Assembly (NCBI GenBank): GCA_034367065.1
Contig: JAXMLV010000054.1
Location: forward strand, 32,541 to 96,540
From: Flavobacteriaceae bacterium
Lineage (GTDB): Bacteria; Bacteroidota; Bacteroidia; Flavobacteriales; Flavobacteriaceae
Length of the DNA: 64,000 nucleotides
Direction of reading: 5' to 3'
The notes beneath the pieces are model-generated. The model was not told the origin of the DNA, did no database searches, and saw nothing but the letters and a program-made list of their open reading frames with translations. Every line of letters begins with the position of its first letter. Within the stretch, counting starts at the first letter, position 1. A program made the position numbers and the translations under genes. Shown here piece after piece: positions 1 through 9,507 of this stretch.

Positions 1-785
1 GTCCGCCTTTTGAGATTGTCAATCCCGGAAATATCAACAAAATAGATATTGATTATTCTGACTTGACCAATCAAATTTATTTTCAAACACTTTTCAAACA
101 GGTTTTCTCTATCGGCGTAGGTTTGGAGCATAAAAGACTGCGTATCTCAACTGAAACATTTGCCTTAAACAACAGCCGAACTTTCTTTGAAGACAGCGAT
201 TTTTACAGCTTTTACAGTTTCTTGAAATTTGATTCGCTTGATGACAAATATTTCCCGACCAAAGGCGTTTTTTTTGAGGGTGATTTTCACAATTATTTTT
301 CCTCTTCCGATTTCAATAACGTCTTTGAAAACTTTTCAATCGGCAAGGCAAAAATCATGACATCTTTTAAACTTTTCCCCAAACTTGCCTTGACCCTCAG
401 CACCGAAGGTGGATTTAGAATCGACGGTTCTGATATTGGCGGTTTGGATTTTTTGCTCGGGGGCTATGGCAATCATTTTGTTAACAATATTACGCCATTT
501 TATGGCTATGATTATCTGGAAATTTCAGGCGACAGTTACGTGAAAGCACTCTTCAATTTTGATTATGAATTTATGAACAAAAATCATTTGAGTTTTGCCG
601 GAAATTTTTCTAACACTTCTGACGGCCTTTTTGACAGCAACAATTGGATAGATTCCCCTGAATTTACCGGTTATGCCTTGGGATATGGCCTCGAAACCTT
701 TGTCGGGCCGGTGGAAATAAAATACACCTGGTCACCCGAAACCGGCAATTCGACCTGGTTTTTTAATCTTGGTTTTTGGTTTTAA
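1..785 (+). CDS. C-terminal part of an outer-membrane beta-barrel protein (Omp85/surface-antigen-like barrel, possibly the C-terminus of a patatin-like phospholipase family protein). The 5' end lies outside the window.
   Basis: The frame is open from base 3 to the stop at 783-785. It shows an alternating hydrophobic/aromatic beta-strand pattern, is rich in Gly/Tyr/Phe, and ends in ...FNLGFWF, typical of OM barrels. Confidence 0.5.
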   Translation, partial: PPFEIVNPGNINKIDIDYSDLTNQIYFQTLFKQVFSIGVGLEHKRLRISTETFALNNSRTFFEDSDFYSFYSFLKFDSLDDKYFPTKGVFFEGDFHNYFSSSDFNNVFENFSIGKAKIMTSFKLFPKLALTLSTEGGFRIDGSDIGGLDFLLGGYGNHFVNNITPFYGYDYLEISGDSYVKALFNFDYEFMNKNHLSFAGNFSNTSDGLFDSNNWIDSPEFTGYALGYGLETFVGPVEIKYTWSPETGNSTWFFNLGFWF

Positions 786-1057
786 ACTTCGCATAATCTC
801 AAACTTCTTTTTGATTTCTGTTAAATCGCAAGGTTTTATCTCAACTTTTTTTGATATTTGTAGGTGTGAAACCATTTTGGAAAAACTTATTGATGCACTT
901 ACAATTCATGATTAAGAGAAATCCGGAGTGAGTTTGATTCTATTTTTTTATGCCTTGAAATCAATTGATTTGATTGTCCTTTAAATCACACCACTTCCTG
1001 TCTTATCATACATTTTGATTAAGCACAAGTTTCATTCAACTTTTAAAAACACTAAAA

Positions 1058-2215
1058 ATGCCTTTCTACCACAGCCTTGGAAGCATCCCGCCCAAAAGAC
1101 ACACCATCTTCAAAAAACCAGATGGTTCGCTCTACTACGAAGAACTTTTCGGCACAGTTGGTTTTGACGGGATGTACAGCAATCTGTATCACCACCACCG
1201 CCCGACCCAGCTCAAAGAAATTGCATCAAAATATTCGGTTGCGCCTAAAATCGCACGAGCAAACAACATTCAACCTTATCGTTTCAGCGGATTTGAAGTG
1301 TCTCCGGAAAAAGATTTTCTCCAAAGCCGAAAAATCATTTTGACCAATTCGGATTGCAACATCGTGCTCGCTGCGCCCAAACACTCCACCAAAGCATATT
1401 TCTACAAAAACACAGACAGCGACGAGTTGATTTTTATCCATCGAGGCAGCGGAAAACTCCGAACCATGCTTGGCAATCTTACTTTTTCGTATGGCGATTA
1501 CCTGCTCATTCCCAGAGGGATTATCTATCAAATCGAATTTGATACCGAAGACAACCGCTTGTTTATTGTCGAATCGCACCGACCTATTTATACACCCAAA
1601 CGCTATCGAAACTGGTTTGGACAATTGCTCGAACATGCCCCATATTGTGAACGTGACATCCGCAAACCTTCCGAATTGGAATCACATGACGAAAAAGGCT
1701 CATTCCTTATCAAAACCAAAAAGCAAAACGAAATTTTCGATTTGGTCTATGCCACCCATCCATTTGATGTCATCGGCTATGACGGATATAATTTTCCCTA
1801 CGCCTTTTCAATACACAATTTTGAGCCCATCACGGGTCGCATACATCAGCCGCCACCGGTGCATCAAACCTTTGAAACCGATGCTTTCGTGGTTTGCAGT
1901 TTTGTCCCGCGATTGTATGATTATCATCCGCAGAGCATACCCGCGCCTTACAACCACAGCAACATCGATTCGGACGAGGTGCTGTATTACGTGGATGGCG
2001 ATTTTATGAGCCGGAACGACATTGCCGCCGGGCATATTTCACTGCATCCGGCAGGAATTCCACACGGCCCGCACCCGGGTGCCGTCGAACGAAGCATCGG
2101 CAAACAAAAAACCGACGAACTCGCCGTGATGGTGGACACATTCAAACCCCTTCAACTGACCGAAGAGGCCATGAAAATTGCCGATGAAACGTATATGCGG
2201 TCGTGGTTGGAATAG
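1058..2215 (+). CDS. hmgA: Homogentisate 1,2-dioxygenase
   Basis: The 385-aa ORF has a length and sequence character typical of bacteroidetal HmgA (MPFYH..., ...SLHPAGIPHGPHPG...). It is clustered with hppD in a tyrosine catabolism context. Confidence 0.85.
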   Translation: MPFYHSLGSIPPKRHTIFKKPDGSLYYEELFGTVGFDGMYSNLYHHHRPTQLKEIASKYSVAPKIARANNIQPYRFSGFEVSPEKDFLQSRKIILTNSDCNIVLAAPKHSTKAYFYKNTDSDELIFIHRGSGKLRTMLGNLTFSYGDYLLIPRGIIYQIEFDTEDNRLFIVESHRPIYTPKRYRNWFGQLLEHAPYCERDIRKPSELESHDEKGSFLIKTKKQNEIFDLVYATHPFDVIGYDGYNFPYAFSIHNFEPITGRIHQPPPVHQTFETDAFVVCSFVPRLYDYHPQSIPAPYNHSNIDSDEVLYYVDGDFMSRNDIAAGHISLHPAGIPHGPHPGAVERSIGKQKTDELAVMVDTFKPLQLTEEAMKIADETYMRSWLE

Positions 2216-2260
2216 ACTGATGCCAACGAATAACATTTTGATTTATAAGTCGATACAATT

Positions 2261-3280
2261 ATGCCCGATTTAAACAACTCTCTTCAAGATAAAGAATCTC
2301 ATATTAGTATATATCAAACCGAAGATGGACAAACTGAGGTTCACGTCAAATTTGACAAAGAGTCCGTGTGGCTTTCTCAAAGACAAATGGCTAAACTGTT
2401 TGATAAAGATTCAGACACAATAAGCCTTCATCTGAAAAACATTTTCAAGTCCGGCGAACTGGAAGAAAAGACAACTACCGAGGATTTCTCGTTAGTTCAA
2501 AAAGAAGGCGAACGATTGGTAAAAAGAAAAGTAAAATTTTACAACCTCGATGCCATCATTTCGGTTGGGTATAGGGTCAATTCGAAAAGAGGAATTCAGT
2601 TTCGAATATGGGCGACCAAGATTTTAAAAGAATATTTAATTGCTGGATTCTCCATCAATGAAAGACGTTTAACAGCGCAAAACCAAAGACTCAAGGAACT
2701 GCAAGAAACAGTTAAAATACTTGGGAATACACTGTTGCGTAAATATTTATCAAATGATGAAAGTAAGGGTTTGATTAAAATAATTTCGGATTACGCTTAT
2801 GCGTTAGAAATTTTGGATCAATATGACCATCAAAACCTTACAATTAAAAACACCTCCGACACAGAAACGTTCCGTCTGACGTACGACGATGCTATGAAAC
2901 AGGTTGAAACGGTAAAACAAGTTTTTGATAGCCACAAATTATTCGGTCGAGAAAAAGACATGTCTTTCAGAAGCTCAATTGCTTCAATTTACCAGACTTT
3001 TGACGGTGTTGATTTATACCCGAGCGTTGAGGAAAAGGCTGCGCAATTGTTGTATTTCATAACAAAAAATCATTCTTTTTCTGATGGAAATAAGCGAATT
3101 GCGGCTCTTCTCTTTCTGTATTTCATGGAGAAAAGCGGAATATTGTTTGATGCAAATGGAAATAAACGAATAGCGGATAACACCTTGGTTGCTTTAACGT
3201 TAATGATTGCTGTCAGCGACCCGGAACAAAAAGAAATAATGGTCAAAGTGATAATAAACTTAATAAACAAAAATAATTAA
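2261..3280 (+). CDS. RhuM-like N-terminal domain fused to a Doc-type Fic domain protein
   Basis: The N-terminal region ...FYNLDAIISVGYRVNSKRGIQFRIWATKILKEYL... is RhuM-like. The C-terminal HSFSDGNKR (nt 3071-3097) fits the Doc variant of the Fic motif, HxFx[D/N][A/G]NKR. Confidence 0.7.
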   Translation: MPDLNNSLQDKESHISIYQTEDGQTEVHVKFDKESVWLSQRQMAKLFDKDSDTISLHLKNIFKSGELEEKTTTEDFSLVQKEGERLVKRKVKFYNLDAIISVGYRVNSKRGIQFRIWATKILKEYLIAGFSINERRLTAQNQRLKELQETVKILGNTLLRKYLSNDESKGLIKIISDYAYALEILDQYDHQNLTIKNTSDTETFRLTYDDAMKQVETVKQVFDSHKLFGREKDMSFRSSIASIYQTFDGVDLYPSVEEKAAQLLYFITKNHSFSDGNKRIAALLFLYFMEKSGILFDANGNKRIADNTLVALTLMIAVSDPEQKEIMVKVIINLINKNN

Positions 3281-3281
3281 A

Positions 3282-4388
3282 ATGAACACGAACCATAAAC
3301 CCGATTTTCTTCCCCTGATGGGCACCGATTTTGTCGAGCTCTACGTGGGCAACGCCAAACAAGCTGCCTATTACTACCAAAATGCCTGGGGTTTTGAACC
3401 GGTTGCTTACAAAGGACTCGAAACCGGCTCCAAAGACAACGTTTCGTATGTCTTACAACAAGATAAAATCCGATTGGTGCTCACCTCGCCACTCAAACCC
3501 GATGGAGAAATCAATGCGCACATCAACAAACACGGCGACGGTGTGAAAATCATCGCCTTGTGGGTGGAAGATGCAGCCAAAAGCTGGCAGGAAACAACCT
3601 CGCGCGGCGCAAAATCCTATCTCGAACCCAAAGTTTTGAAAGACGAAAACGGAGAAGCCGTCCTCTCCGGCATTCATACCTATGGCGAAACCGTTCACTT
3701 GTTTGTGGAGCGCAAAAACTACCACGGCGCTTTTCTCCCGGGTTATAAAAAATGGACTGCTCCTTCCATTTCCAAATCTGTCGGACTGAAATACGTCGAT
3801 CACATGGTTGGCAATGTGGGCTGGAATGAGATGAACAAATGGTGTAAATTTTACGCTGAAGTGATGGGTTTTGACCAGCTGGTTTCCTTTGACGACAAAG
3901 ACATTTCTACCGAATACACTGCCCTGATGAGCAAGGTGATGAGCAACGGCAACGGCCGTGTCAAATTTCCGATCAACGAACCGGCAGAAGGCAGAAAAAA
4001 ATCGCAAATAGAAGAATACATCGATTTTTACAACGGCGCAGGCGTACAACATATCGCCGTGGCGACCGACAACATCATAAAAACGGTTACCCAACTCAAA
4101 AACAACGGCGTTGAGTTTCTCTATGTGCCCGAAAGTTATTACGATACCGTCCTTGACAGAGTGGGCAAAATAGACGAAGATTTGGCACCGCTCAAAGAAT
4201 TGGGTATTTTGATAGACCGGGACGATGAGGGTTATCTTTTGCAGCTTTTTACCAAACCCGTTTTAGACAGACCCACGATGTTTTTTGAAATCATACAGAG
4301 AAAAGGCGCAAAGTCTTTTGGAAAAGGCAATTTCAAGGCTCTTTTTGAAGCCATAGAACGGGAACAAGAATCGAGGGGAACACTTTGA
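3282..4388 (+). CDS. hppD: 4-hydroxyphenylpyruvate dioxygenase
   Basis: The 368-aa ORF has a two-VOC-domain layout and the hallmark C-terminus ...FFEIIQRKGAKSFGKGNFKALFEAIEREQESRG. Confidence 0.9.
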   Translation: MNTNHKPDFLPLMGTDFVELYVGNAKQAAYYYQNAWGFEPVAYKGLETGSKDNVSYVLQQDKIRLVLTSPLKPDGEINAHINKHGDGVKIIALWVEDAAKSWQETTSRGAKSYLEPKVLKDENGEAVLSGIHTYGETVHLFVERKNYHGAFLPGYKKWTAPSISKSVGLKYVDHMVGNVGWNEMNKWCKFYAEVMGFDQLVSFDDKDISTEYTALMSKVMSNGNGRVKFPINEPAEGRKKSQIEEYIDFYNGAGVQHIAVATDNIIKTVTQLKNNGVEFLYVPESYYDTVLDRVGKIDEDLAPLKELGILIDRDDEGYLLQLFTKPVLDRPTMFFEIIQRKGAKSFGKGNFKALFEAIEREQESRGTL

Positions 4389-4504
4389 TTTAACACGATG
4401 TGAAAGTTACGTTAAACTCTGTTTTTAACAACTTTTTCACGGCTTGTTGCCCTACTTTTGTAGGGAATTATTTTCATAATAATAAGTTTTGGTTGGTTAA
4501 TTGC

Positions 4505-4544
4505 AAAACCTCGGCAACTTTCAGTTGTCGGGGTTTTGTTTTTT
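4505..4544 (+). terminator. Rho-independent terminator after hppD
   Basis: The hairpin is aaaacCTCGGCAACT-ttc-AGTTGTCGGGGtttt (two G-U pairs), followed by a T-run. Confidence 0.6.
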
Positions 4545-4620
4545 GCAAATTAGGTTAAAAATCATTGTTTATAAATTTCCCTTTTCTTAATTTCGGGCAA
4601 CCTCCTAAACTAATATAACT

Positions 4621-6156
4621 ATGAAGAAGAAATTTACCATTGCCTTCGTTTTTTTGTATCAAATTATTCTGGCCCAGGTTGGGTTAACTGTGCAAAAAAG
4701 CGAGATTTTTCAAGATGAAAAGAACCGTTCCGAACTTGTTTTTGCAGAGGAAGACGGGCACGGTGGCTTGGTCAGTATCCGGGCGTTTTATTCAGGGCTT
4801 TCCGCTAATATTTCCGGATATTATTTAGAACACTATGACAACCAACTGAAAACCTTGGGGAAAATTGAATTGCCCCACAGCGAATATCAATTGAAAGGGT
4901 TGAAAGTTGCTGACGGAAAAATTTATCTGATATCCGTAGATTCCGATAAAGCAACCAAAACATGGAAAGTAAATCTGCACACTTCGGACCTCAACCAACT
5001 GAATTTTTCCCAATCTGCATTGATAACCCGTGAAGACATCGAAAACAACAATTCTTCTTTTTTCAATTTCAATCAAAAAGATTCGGATGCTTATAACGAT
5101 GTCAAATTTTCTCGCAACAAAAACTTTATGTGTGTTTCTTTTGATTTAAAAAACAAGGAGCAAGAAACCCATTTAATCTATGTGTTCAACAAAGATTTTG
5201 AAAAAGTCGGGGATTATGTATTTACCAAAAACATAAAAGACAGGCTTTTTGAGCTCGATAATATAGAGGTGGACGATGCCAACGGAGGCGTCTATTTGTT
5301 AGCAAAGGCGTTTGAAAACGACAGCCGGATGACCAAGAAAGAGAACAAATCAAACTACCATTTTGAAATATATTACTTGTTGGGTGATGAAAAGAAAGAA
5401 CTCAGTTTTAAAACTGAAGACAAGTTTATTGGATCTTTGATGGCGATTAATGGAGGCAACCAACTTTCGTACATCGGTTTTTATTCGAATCTGAACGATT
5501 GGCGGTACAAAGGCGTTTGCAGATTTGAAATAGATCCAAACACTTTTGAAGTAAAACACAATTCTTTTGCGCCATTTACTGAACAATTTATGATTGACAA
5601 ATATGGAGAGAAGAAGGAAAAAGAATTGAGAAATTTGGTTTATAGAGGTGCATTCAAGCTTAGTAATGGAGACATCATACTGAATGCCGAAGAGTTTTTT
5701 GTAACACAAGTCTATATGAGCTACGGAATGGGAGGCGTTTGGTCAACCATTTACAATTATTACGACATCGTAGCTTTGCGTATAAAGGAAGACGGCACAT
5801 TGGTATGGGCGCGAAACATCAACAAAGCACAGACATTGGACGGCGGAAAAGAATCGTTTTCTTCTTTTGCGTTCAACGACAAGAATTATCTCTTGATAAA
5901 TTGCTCTGATGAGGTGAAACAACTGAGCAACAACCGCATACAATTTAAACAGAAGAGAAGCAAAAAAACGAATTTGTACGCCATTGTTTTGGATACAGAC
6001 GGGAATTTTACCCATCAAGAGATAGTCGATGGAGATGTTGACAAAATGCCTTTTGCTGTGGCGAGAGGCGTGCTGACTAAAAACGGAAACGAGTTGATTT
6101 TGGTAGGCAGAAACAATAAAAACAAACAGCTCATCAAGGTCTCGGCAAAAAATTAG
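4621..6156 (+). CDS. Secreted protein of unknown function
   Basis: The 511-aa ORF has an N-terminal signal-like segment (MKKKFTIAFVFLYQIILAQ). I recognise no motif. It is bounded by a terminator upstream and a convergent gene downstream. Confidence 0.55.
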   Translation: MKKKFTIAFVFLYQIILAQVGLTVQKSEIFQDEKNRSELVFAEEDGHGGLVSIRAFYSGLSANISGYYLEHYDNQLKTLGKIELPHSEYQLKGLKVADGKIYLISVDSDKATKTWKVNLHTSDLNQLNFSQSALITREDIENNNSSFFNFNQKDSDAYNDVKFSRNKNFMCVSFDLKNKEQETHLIYVFNKDFEKVGDYVFTKNIKDRLFELDNIEVDDANGGVYLLAKAFENDSRMTKKENKSNYHFEIYYLLGDEKKELSFKTEDKFIGSLMAINGGNQLSYIGFYSNLNDWRYKGVCRFEIDPNTFEVKHNSFAPFTEQFMIDKYGEKKEKELRNLVYRGAFKLSNGDIILNAEEFFVTQVYMSYGMGGVWSTIYNYYDIVALRIKEDGTLVWARNINKAQTLDGGKESFSSFAFNDKNYLLINCSDEVKQLSNNRIQFKQKRSKKTNLYAIVLDTDGNFTHQEIVDGDVDKMPFAVARGVLTKNGNELILVGRNNKNKQLIKVSAKN

Positions 6157-6208
6157 ACTTCTTTAGCTTGCTCATTGCAATTTCAGATTTAACACGCTGT
6201 GCAATTTT

Positions 6209-6937
6209 CTATTTATTGTGATAAATAAGAAATATAGCCGGTCTTTTGTGCAGATCTTCAGTGTATTTTTTCCAATTGGATACGCGGTCAGTCCGAATCC
6301 ATTCTGTCGGCAAAGTGATGTCGGCAGCGACACACAGCAGCGTTTGCGGATGGAGCGTTTGGATAAGTTCTTTTAAGAAATTGTTGTTGCGGTATGGTGT
6401 TTCCATAAAAATCTGTGTTTGATTTTCTGAAAGCACTTTTGATTCCAATTTTTTAATCGCGATTTTCAGTTTGGCTTTGTCCACCGGCAAATACCCGTTA
6501 AAAGCAAAATTCTGCCCGTTCATACCCGATGCCATCAATGCCAACATGATGGCACTGGGACCGACCATCGGCACAACCTGCACACACAATTCGTGAGCAA
6601 GCCCGACCACATTGGCTCCGGGATCGGCAACGGCGGGGCATCCGGCTTCAGACAAGAGGCCTACATGAATTCCGTTTTGCCAAGTATCTTTCAAAAAAAC
6701 AGGCAATTGCGGATCGGCTGAAAACTTTTGAATAACCTTGATCTGAAGTTTAGATTGAACCGTATTTGGAGATATACTTTTGATAAACCGCCGAGCCGAT
6801 TTTTCGTTTTCCACCGCATAAGTATCTAAATTCTCAACCAGTTTTTTGACGGATAACGGCAACACATTCAGCGGGTCGGTTTCGCCGAGTGTAGTTGGTA
6901 TCAAATATAATTTTCCGGAAAATTTTAGTTTATTCAT
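6209..6937 (-). CDS. SAM-dependent methyltransferase, tetrapyrrole-methylase/RsmI-like fold
   Basis: The protein starts ...KLYLIPTTLGE and contains GLLSEAGCPAVADPG and a GPSA segment. It overlaps the upstream phosphatase gene by 8 nt. Confidence 0.7.
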   Translation of the reverse strand: MNKLKFSGKLYLIPTTLGETDPLNVLPLSVKKLVENLDTYAVENEKSARRFIKSISPNTVQSKLQIKVIQKFSADPQLPVFLKDTWQNGIHVGLLSEAGCPAVADPGANVVGLAHELCVQVVPMVGPSAIMLALMASGMNGQNFAFNGYLPVDKAKLKIAIKKLESKVLSENQTQIFMETPYRNNNFLKELIQTLHPQTLLCVAADITLPTEWIRTDRVSNWKKYTEDLHKRPAIFLIYHNK

Positions 6938-7394
6938 GTTTCAAAAATTCGACCAACGCATCACATCCTTTATTCAACAATTGATAAACTTCTTCAAAGT
7001 TTACAGTTCCTCCGTAGTATGGATCGGGAACCTCTATGTTTTCACCCGGAAACAAAACATTCAAAAGCAAATCGACTTTCGAGGTCTCTTGCTCGTTTCT
7101 TGCCAAAGATAAAATGTCTTTATAGTTCGCATAATCCATAGCGAATATGTAATCAAAATATTCAAAATCGGCTGTTTTGAATTGCCTTCCGCGGTAGGTA
7201 GAAATGTCAATATGGTTTTTCTTTGCGATGCTTATCGATCTAGAATCGGGTTTGTCGCCAACATGATAAGAGGCGGTACCCGCAGAATCAACATAAAAAT
7301 CATCCACATGGAGTTTCGACTTCAAAATTCCTTCTGCAAGTGGCGACCTGCAAATATTTCCCAAACAAACCAATAAGATTTTCGTCTTTTTCAA
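6930..7394 (-). CDS. Low-molecular-weight protein-tyrosine phosphatase
   Basis: The CX5R P-loop LVCLGNICRSPLAEG lies at the N-terminus of a 154-aa ORF. The gene starts 7 nt after the dnaA stop. Confidence 0.85.
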   Translation of the reverse strand: MKKTKILLVCLGNICRSPLAEGILKSKLHVDDFYVDSAGTASYHVGDKPDSRSISIAKKNHIDISTYRGRQFKTADFEYFDYIFAMDYANYKDILSLARNEQETSKVDLLLNVLFPGENIEVPDPYYGGTVNFEEVYQLLNKGCDALVEFLKHE

Positions 7395-7401
7395 AACGTT
7401 T

Positions 7402-8832
7402 TCAGAGGGTAAATTTATTGTTTAAATCATCTACGTATTTTCTAAACTGTTTGTCTGTCGTGTAGAGATTGTCAACGGTTTTACAGGCGTGAAGTACCGT
7501 GGCATGATCGCGGTCGCCGATTTGAGAACCGATGCTTGCCAAAGATGTTTTGGTGTATTTTTTCGCAAAAAACATAGCCAATTGACGGGCTTGAACGATA
7601 TGCCTTCTTCTGGTTTTAGACAGAAGGGTTTCCAAATCCATCTGAAAATAATCACAGACTGCTTTTTGTATATAATCTATCGATATTTCACGTTTGGTGT
7701 TTTTGACAAATTTTTCTACCACTTGTTTTGCCAATTCCAAGGTCACTTCGCGTTTGTTGAAAGAGGATTGTGCAATAAGTGAAATGATAGCACCTTCCAG
7801 TTCGCGAATGTTGGATTTGATGTGTTTGGCAACATATTCGATGATATCATCGTTCATTTCGACTCCGTCTCGGTACAATTTGTTTTGCAAAATTGAAACC
7901 CGGGTGTCAAAATCAGGTGACATCAACTCCGCAGAAAGCCCCCATTTGAATCGGGAAAGTAGGCGTTGTTCGATGTCTTGCATATCGACCGGTGCTTTGT
8001 CTGAGGTCAATACGACTTGTTTGCCATTTTGGTGCAAATGATTGAATATGTGAAAGAAAACATCTTGCGTTCCGGCTTTTCCGGACAAAAACTGCACATC
8101 ATCCAATATCAATACATCGATGATTTGGTAGAAATGCACAAAATCGTTCCGGGTGTTTTTCCTGACCGATTCGATGTATTGTTGCGTAAATTTTTCCGCG
8201 GAAATATATAAAACTGTTTTTTCGGGGTATTTGTCTTTTATCTGTACGCCGATGGCATGGGCCAAATGCGTTTTACCCAAACCAACACCGCCGAAAACCA
8301 ACAACGGATTGAAAGATGTCCCGCCAGGTTTGTTGGCAACCGCTATTCCCGCCGAGCGCGCCAATCGGTTTGAATCACCTTCCAAAAAGTTTTCAAAATT
8401 ATAGGTCGGATTGAGCTGAGATTCTATCTTAAGGTTGCGAATGCCTGGGATGACAAATGGATTCCTCAATTCAGGATCTTTATTTCTGACAGCCAATTCT
8501 ACTTCTTGAGGTTGCATGGCATGCTGTCTTTGAGCACTCGGTATCTTTTCGGTAAATGGCTGTTTGTTTCCGTAGGTGTTTTCCATCCGGATGACGTAAA
8601 CCAATCGCGCATTTTCTCCCAATTCTTTGGTCAAGGCTATTTTGAGAATCTTTACATAATGCTCTTCCAACCACTCATAAAAAAACTTACTCGGAACCTG
8701 AATACTCAATGCATTGTCGGTTAACTTAACTGCAACAATCGGCAAAAACCAAGTTTTAAAAGCTTGCGGATTAATATTGTCCTTTATAAATGATAGGCAA
8801 TTTTCCCAAACTGATTGCGCAGTTACACTCAT
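7402..8832 (-). CDS. dnaA: Chromosomal replication initiator protein DnaA
   Basis: The 476-aa ORF has a Walker A motif (GGVGLGKTHL), an AAA+ core, and a C-terminal DNA-binding region ...RDHATVLHA.... Confidence 0.95.
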   Translation of the reverse strand: MSVTAQSVWENCLSFIKDNINPQAFKTWFLPIVAVKLTDNALSIQVPSKFFYEWLEEHYVKILKIALTKELGENARLVYVIRMENTYGNKQPFTEKIPSAQRQHAMQPQEVELAVRNKDPELRNPFVIPGIRNLKIESQLNPTYNFENFLEGDSNRLARSAGIAVANKPGGTSFNPLLVFGGVGLGKTHLAHAIGVQIKDKYPEKTVLYISAEKFTQQYIESVRKNTRNDFVHFYQIIDVLILDDVQFLSGKAGTQDVFFHIFNHLHQNGKQVVLTSDKAPVDMQDIEQRLLSRFKWGLSAELMSPDFDTRVSILQNKLYRDGVEMNDDIIEYVAKHIKSNIRELEGAIISLIAQSSFNKREVTLELAKQVVEKFVKNTKREISIDYIQKAVCDYFQMDLETLLSKTRRRHIVQARQLAMFFAKKYTKTSLASIGSQIGDRDHATVLHACKTVDNLYTTDKQFRKYVDDLNNKFTL

Positions 8833-9020
8833 TCTTTCGGTTAAATTTATGGTTTTTAGTTAAGTTAGCTTATGCGTTCGATCTTTATTAATCGATTAAT
8901 TTCGGGTTGACAAATATGTGAACAAAAAAGTTAATAAAAAAATCAAACAGGCTTGAATATTCTATTTTTTTTTCGGAATATACGAATCCTTAAAAGTAAA
9001 CATTTTTGGAATAACAAACG

Positions 9021-9428
9021 ATGATAAAAGAAATAAATTTACGAATTCGTTACGGAGAAACCGATCAAATGGGTTATGCCTATTACGGGAACTACCCGCA
9101 ATATCTTGAGGTTGCAAGGGTTGAGTGGCTTCGCTCGCTCGGTTTTTCCTATAAAAAAATGGAGGAAGAAGGCATCATGCTTCCGGTGATTTCATTGAAC
9201 ATACAGTATTTAAAACCGCTTACATACGACGAGAATATAACTGTTAAAATTTTTCTCAAAAAAACACCTGCTGTCCGCATCGAATTTGATTACGAAATCT
9301 ACAACGAGCAAAACGTGTTGTGTAGCAAAGCGAATACACAATTGGTTTTTGTCGATATGAAAACGGGAAAACCTGTTTCTGCTCCTTACTACCTAATCGA
9401 GCGGATCCAAAAGGAGCAAATTATTTAG
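9021..9428 (+). CDS. Acyl-CoA thioesterase, YbgC/4HBT hot-dog family
   Basis: The 135-aa ORF has the N-terminal motif ...RIRYGETDQMGYAYYGNY.... Confidence 0.75.
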   Translation: MIKEINLRIRYGETDQMGYAYYGNYPQYLEVARVEWLRSLGFSYKKMEEEGIMLPVISLNIQYLKPLTYDENITVKIFLKKTPAVRIEFDYEIYNEQNVLCSKANTQLVFVDMKTGKPVSAPYYLIERIQKEQII

Positions 9429-9479
9429 CAATCTTCGCGGACAATCCAAAATAGAACTATAAATGCCCTAAATAATCCT

Positions 9480-9487
9480 TATTTTTG
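9480..9487 (+). promoter_or_regulatory. Bacteroidota -7 promoter element (TAnnTTTG) for pheS
   Basis: TATTTTTG lies about 20 nt upstream of the pheS ATG. Confidence 0.45.
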
Positions 9488-9507
9488 CGCACGAAATTGC
9501 TTGTAAT

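Noticed and set aside
1077-2236. Six short ORFs from the track that overlap hmgA in other frames or on the opposite strand
   Set aside because: They are fully nested in a confidently identified gene and have low-complexity or Arg/Ser/Thr-rich translations typical of off-frame reading.
7431-8724. Several 64-115 aa ORFs inside or antisense to dnaA
   Set aside because: They are nested in a well-supported gene and have no recognisable motifs.
8833-9020. Possible oriC in the dnaA upstream spacer (AT-rich tracts, a TGTGAACAA near-match to a DnaA box, and the 12-bp palindrome TTAATCGATTAA)
   Set aside because: I found only one box-like 9-mer, and it has two mismatches to TGTGGATAA. There is no cluster of boxes, so the sequence alone does not support an origin call. 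A genome-wide GC-skew and DnaA-box scan is needed.
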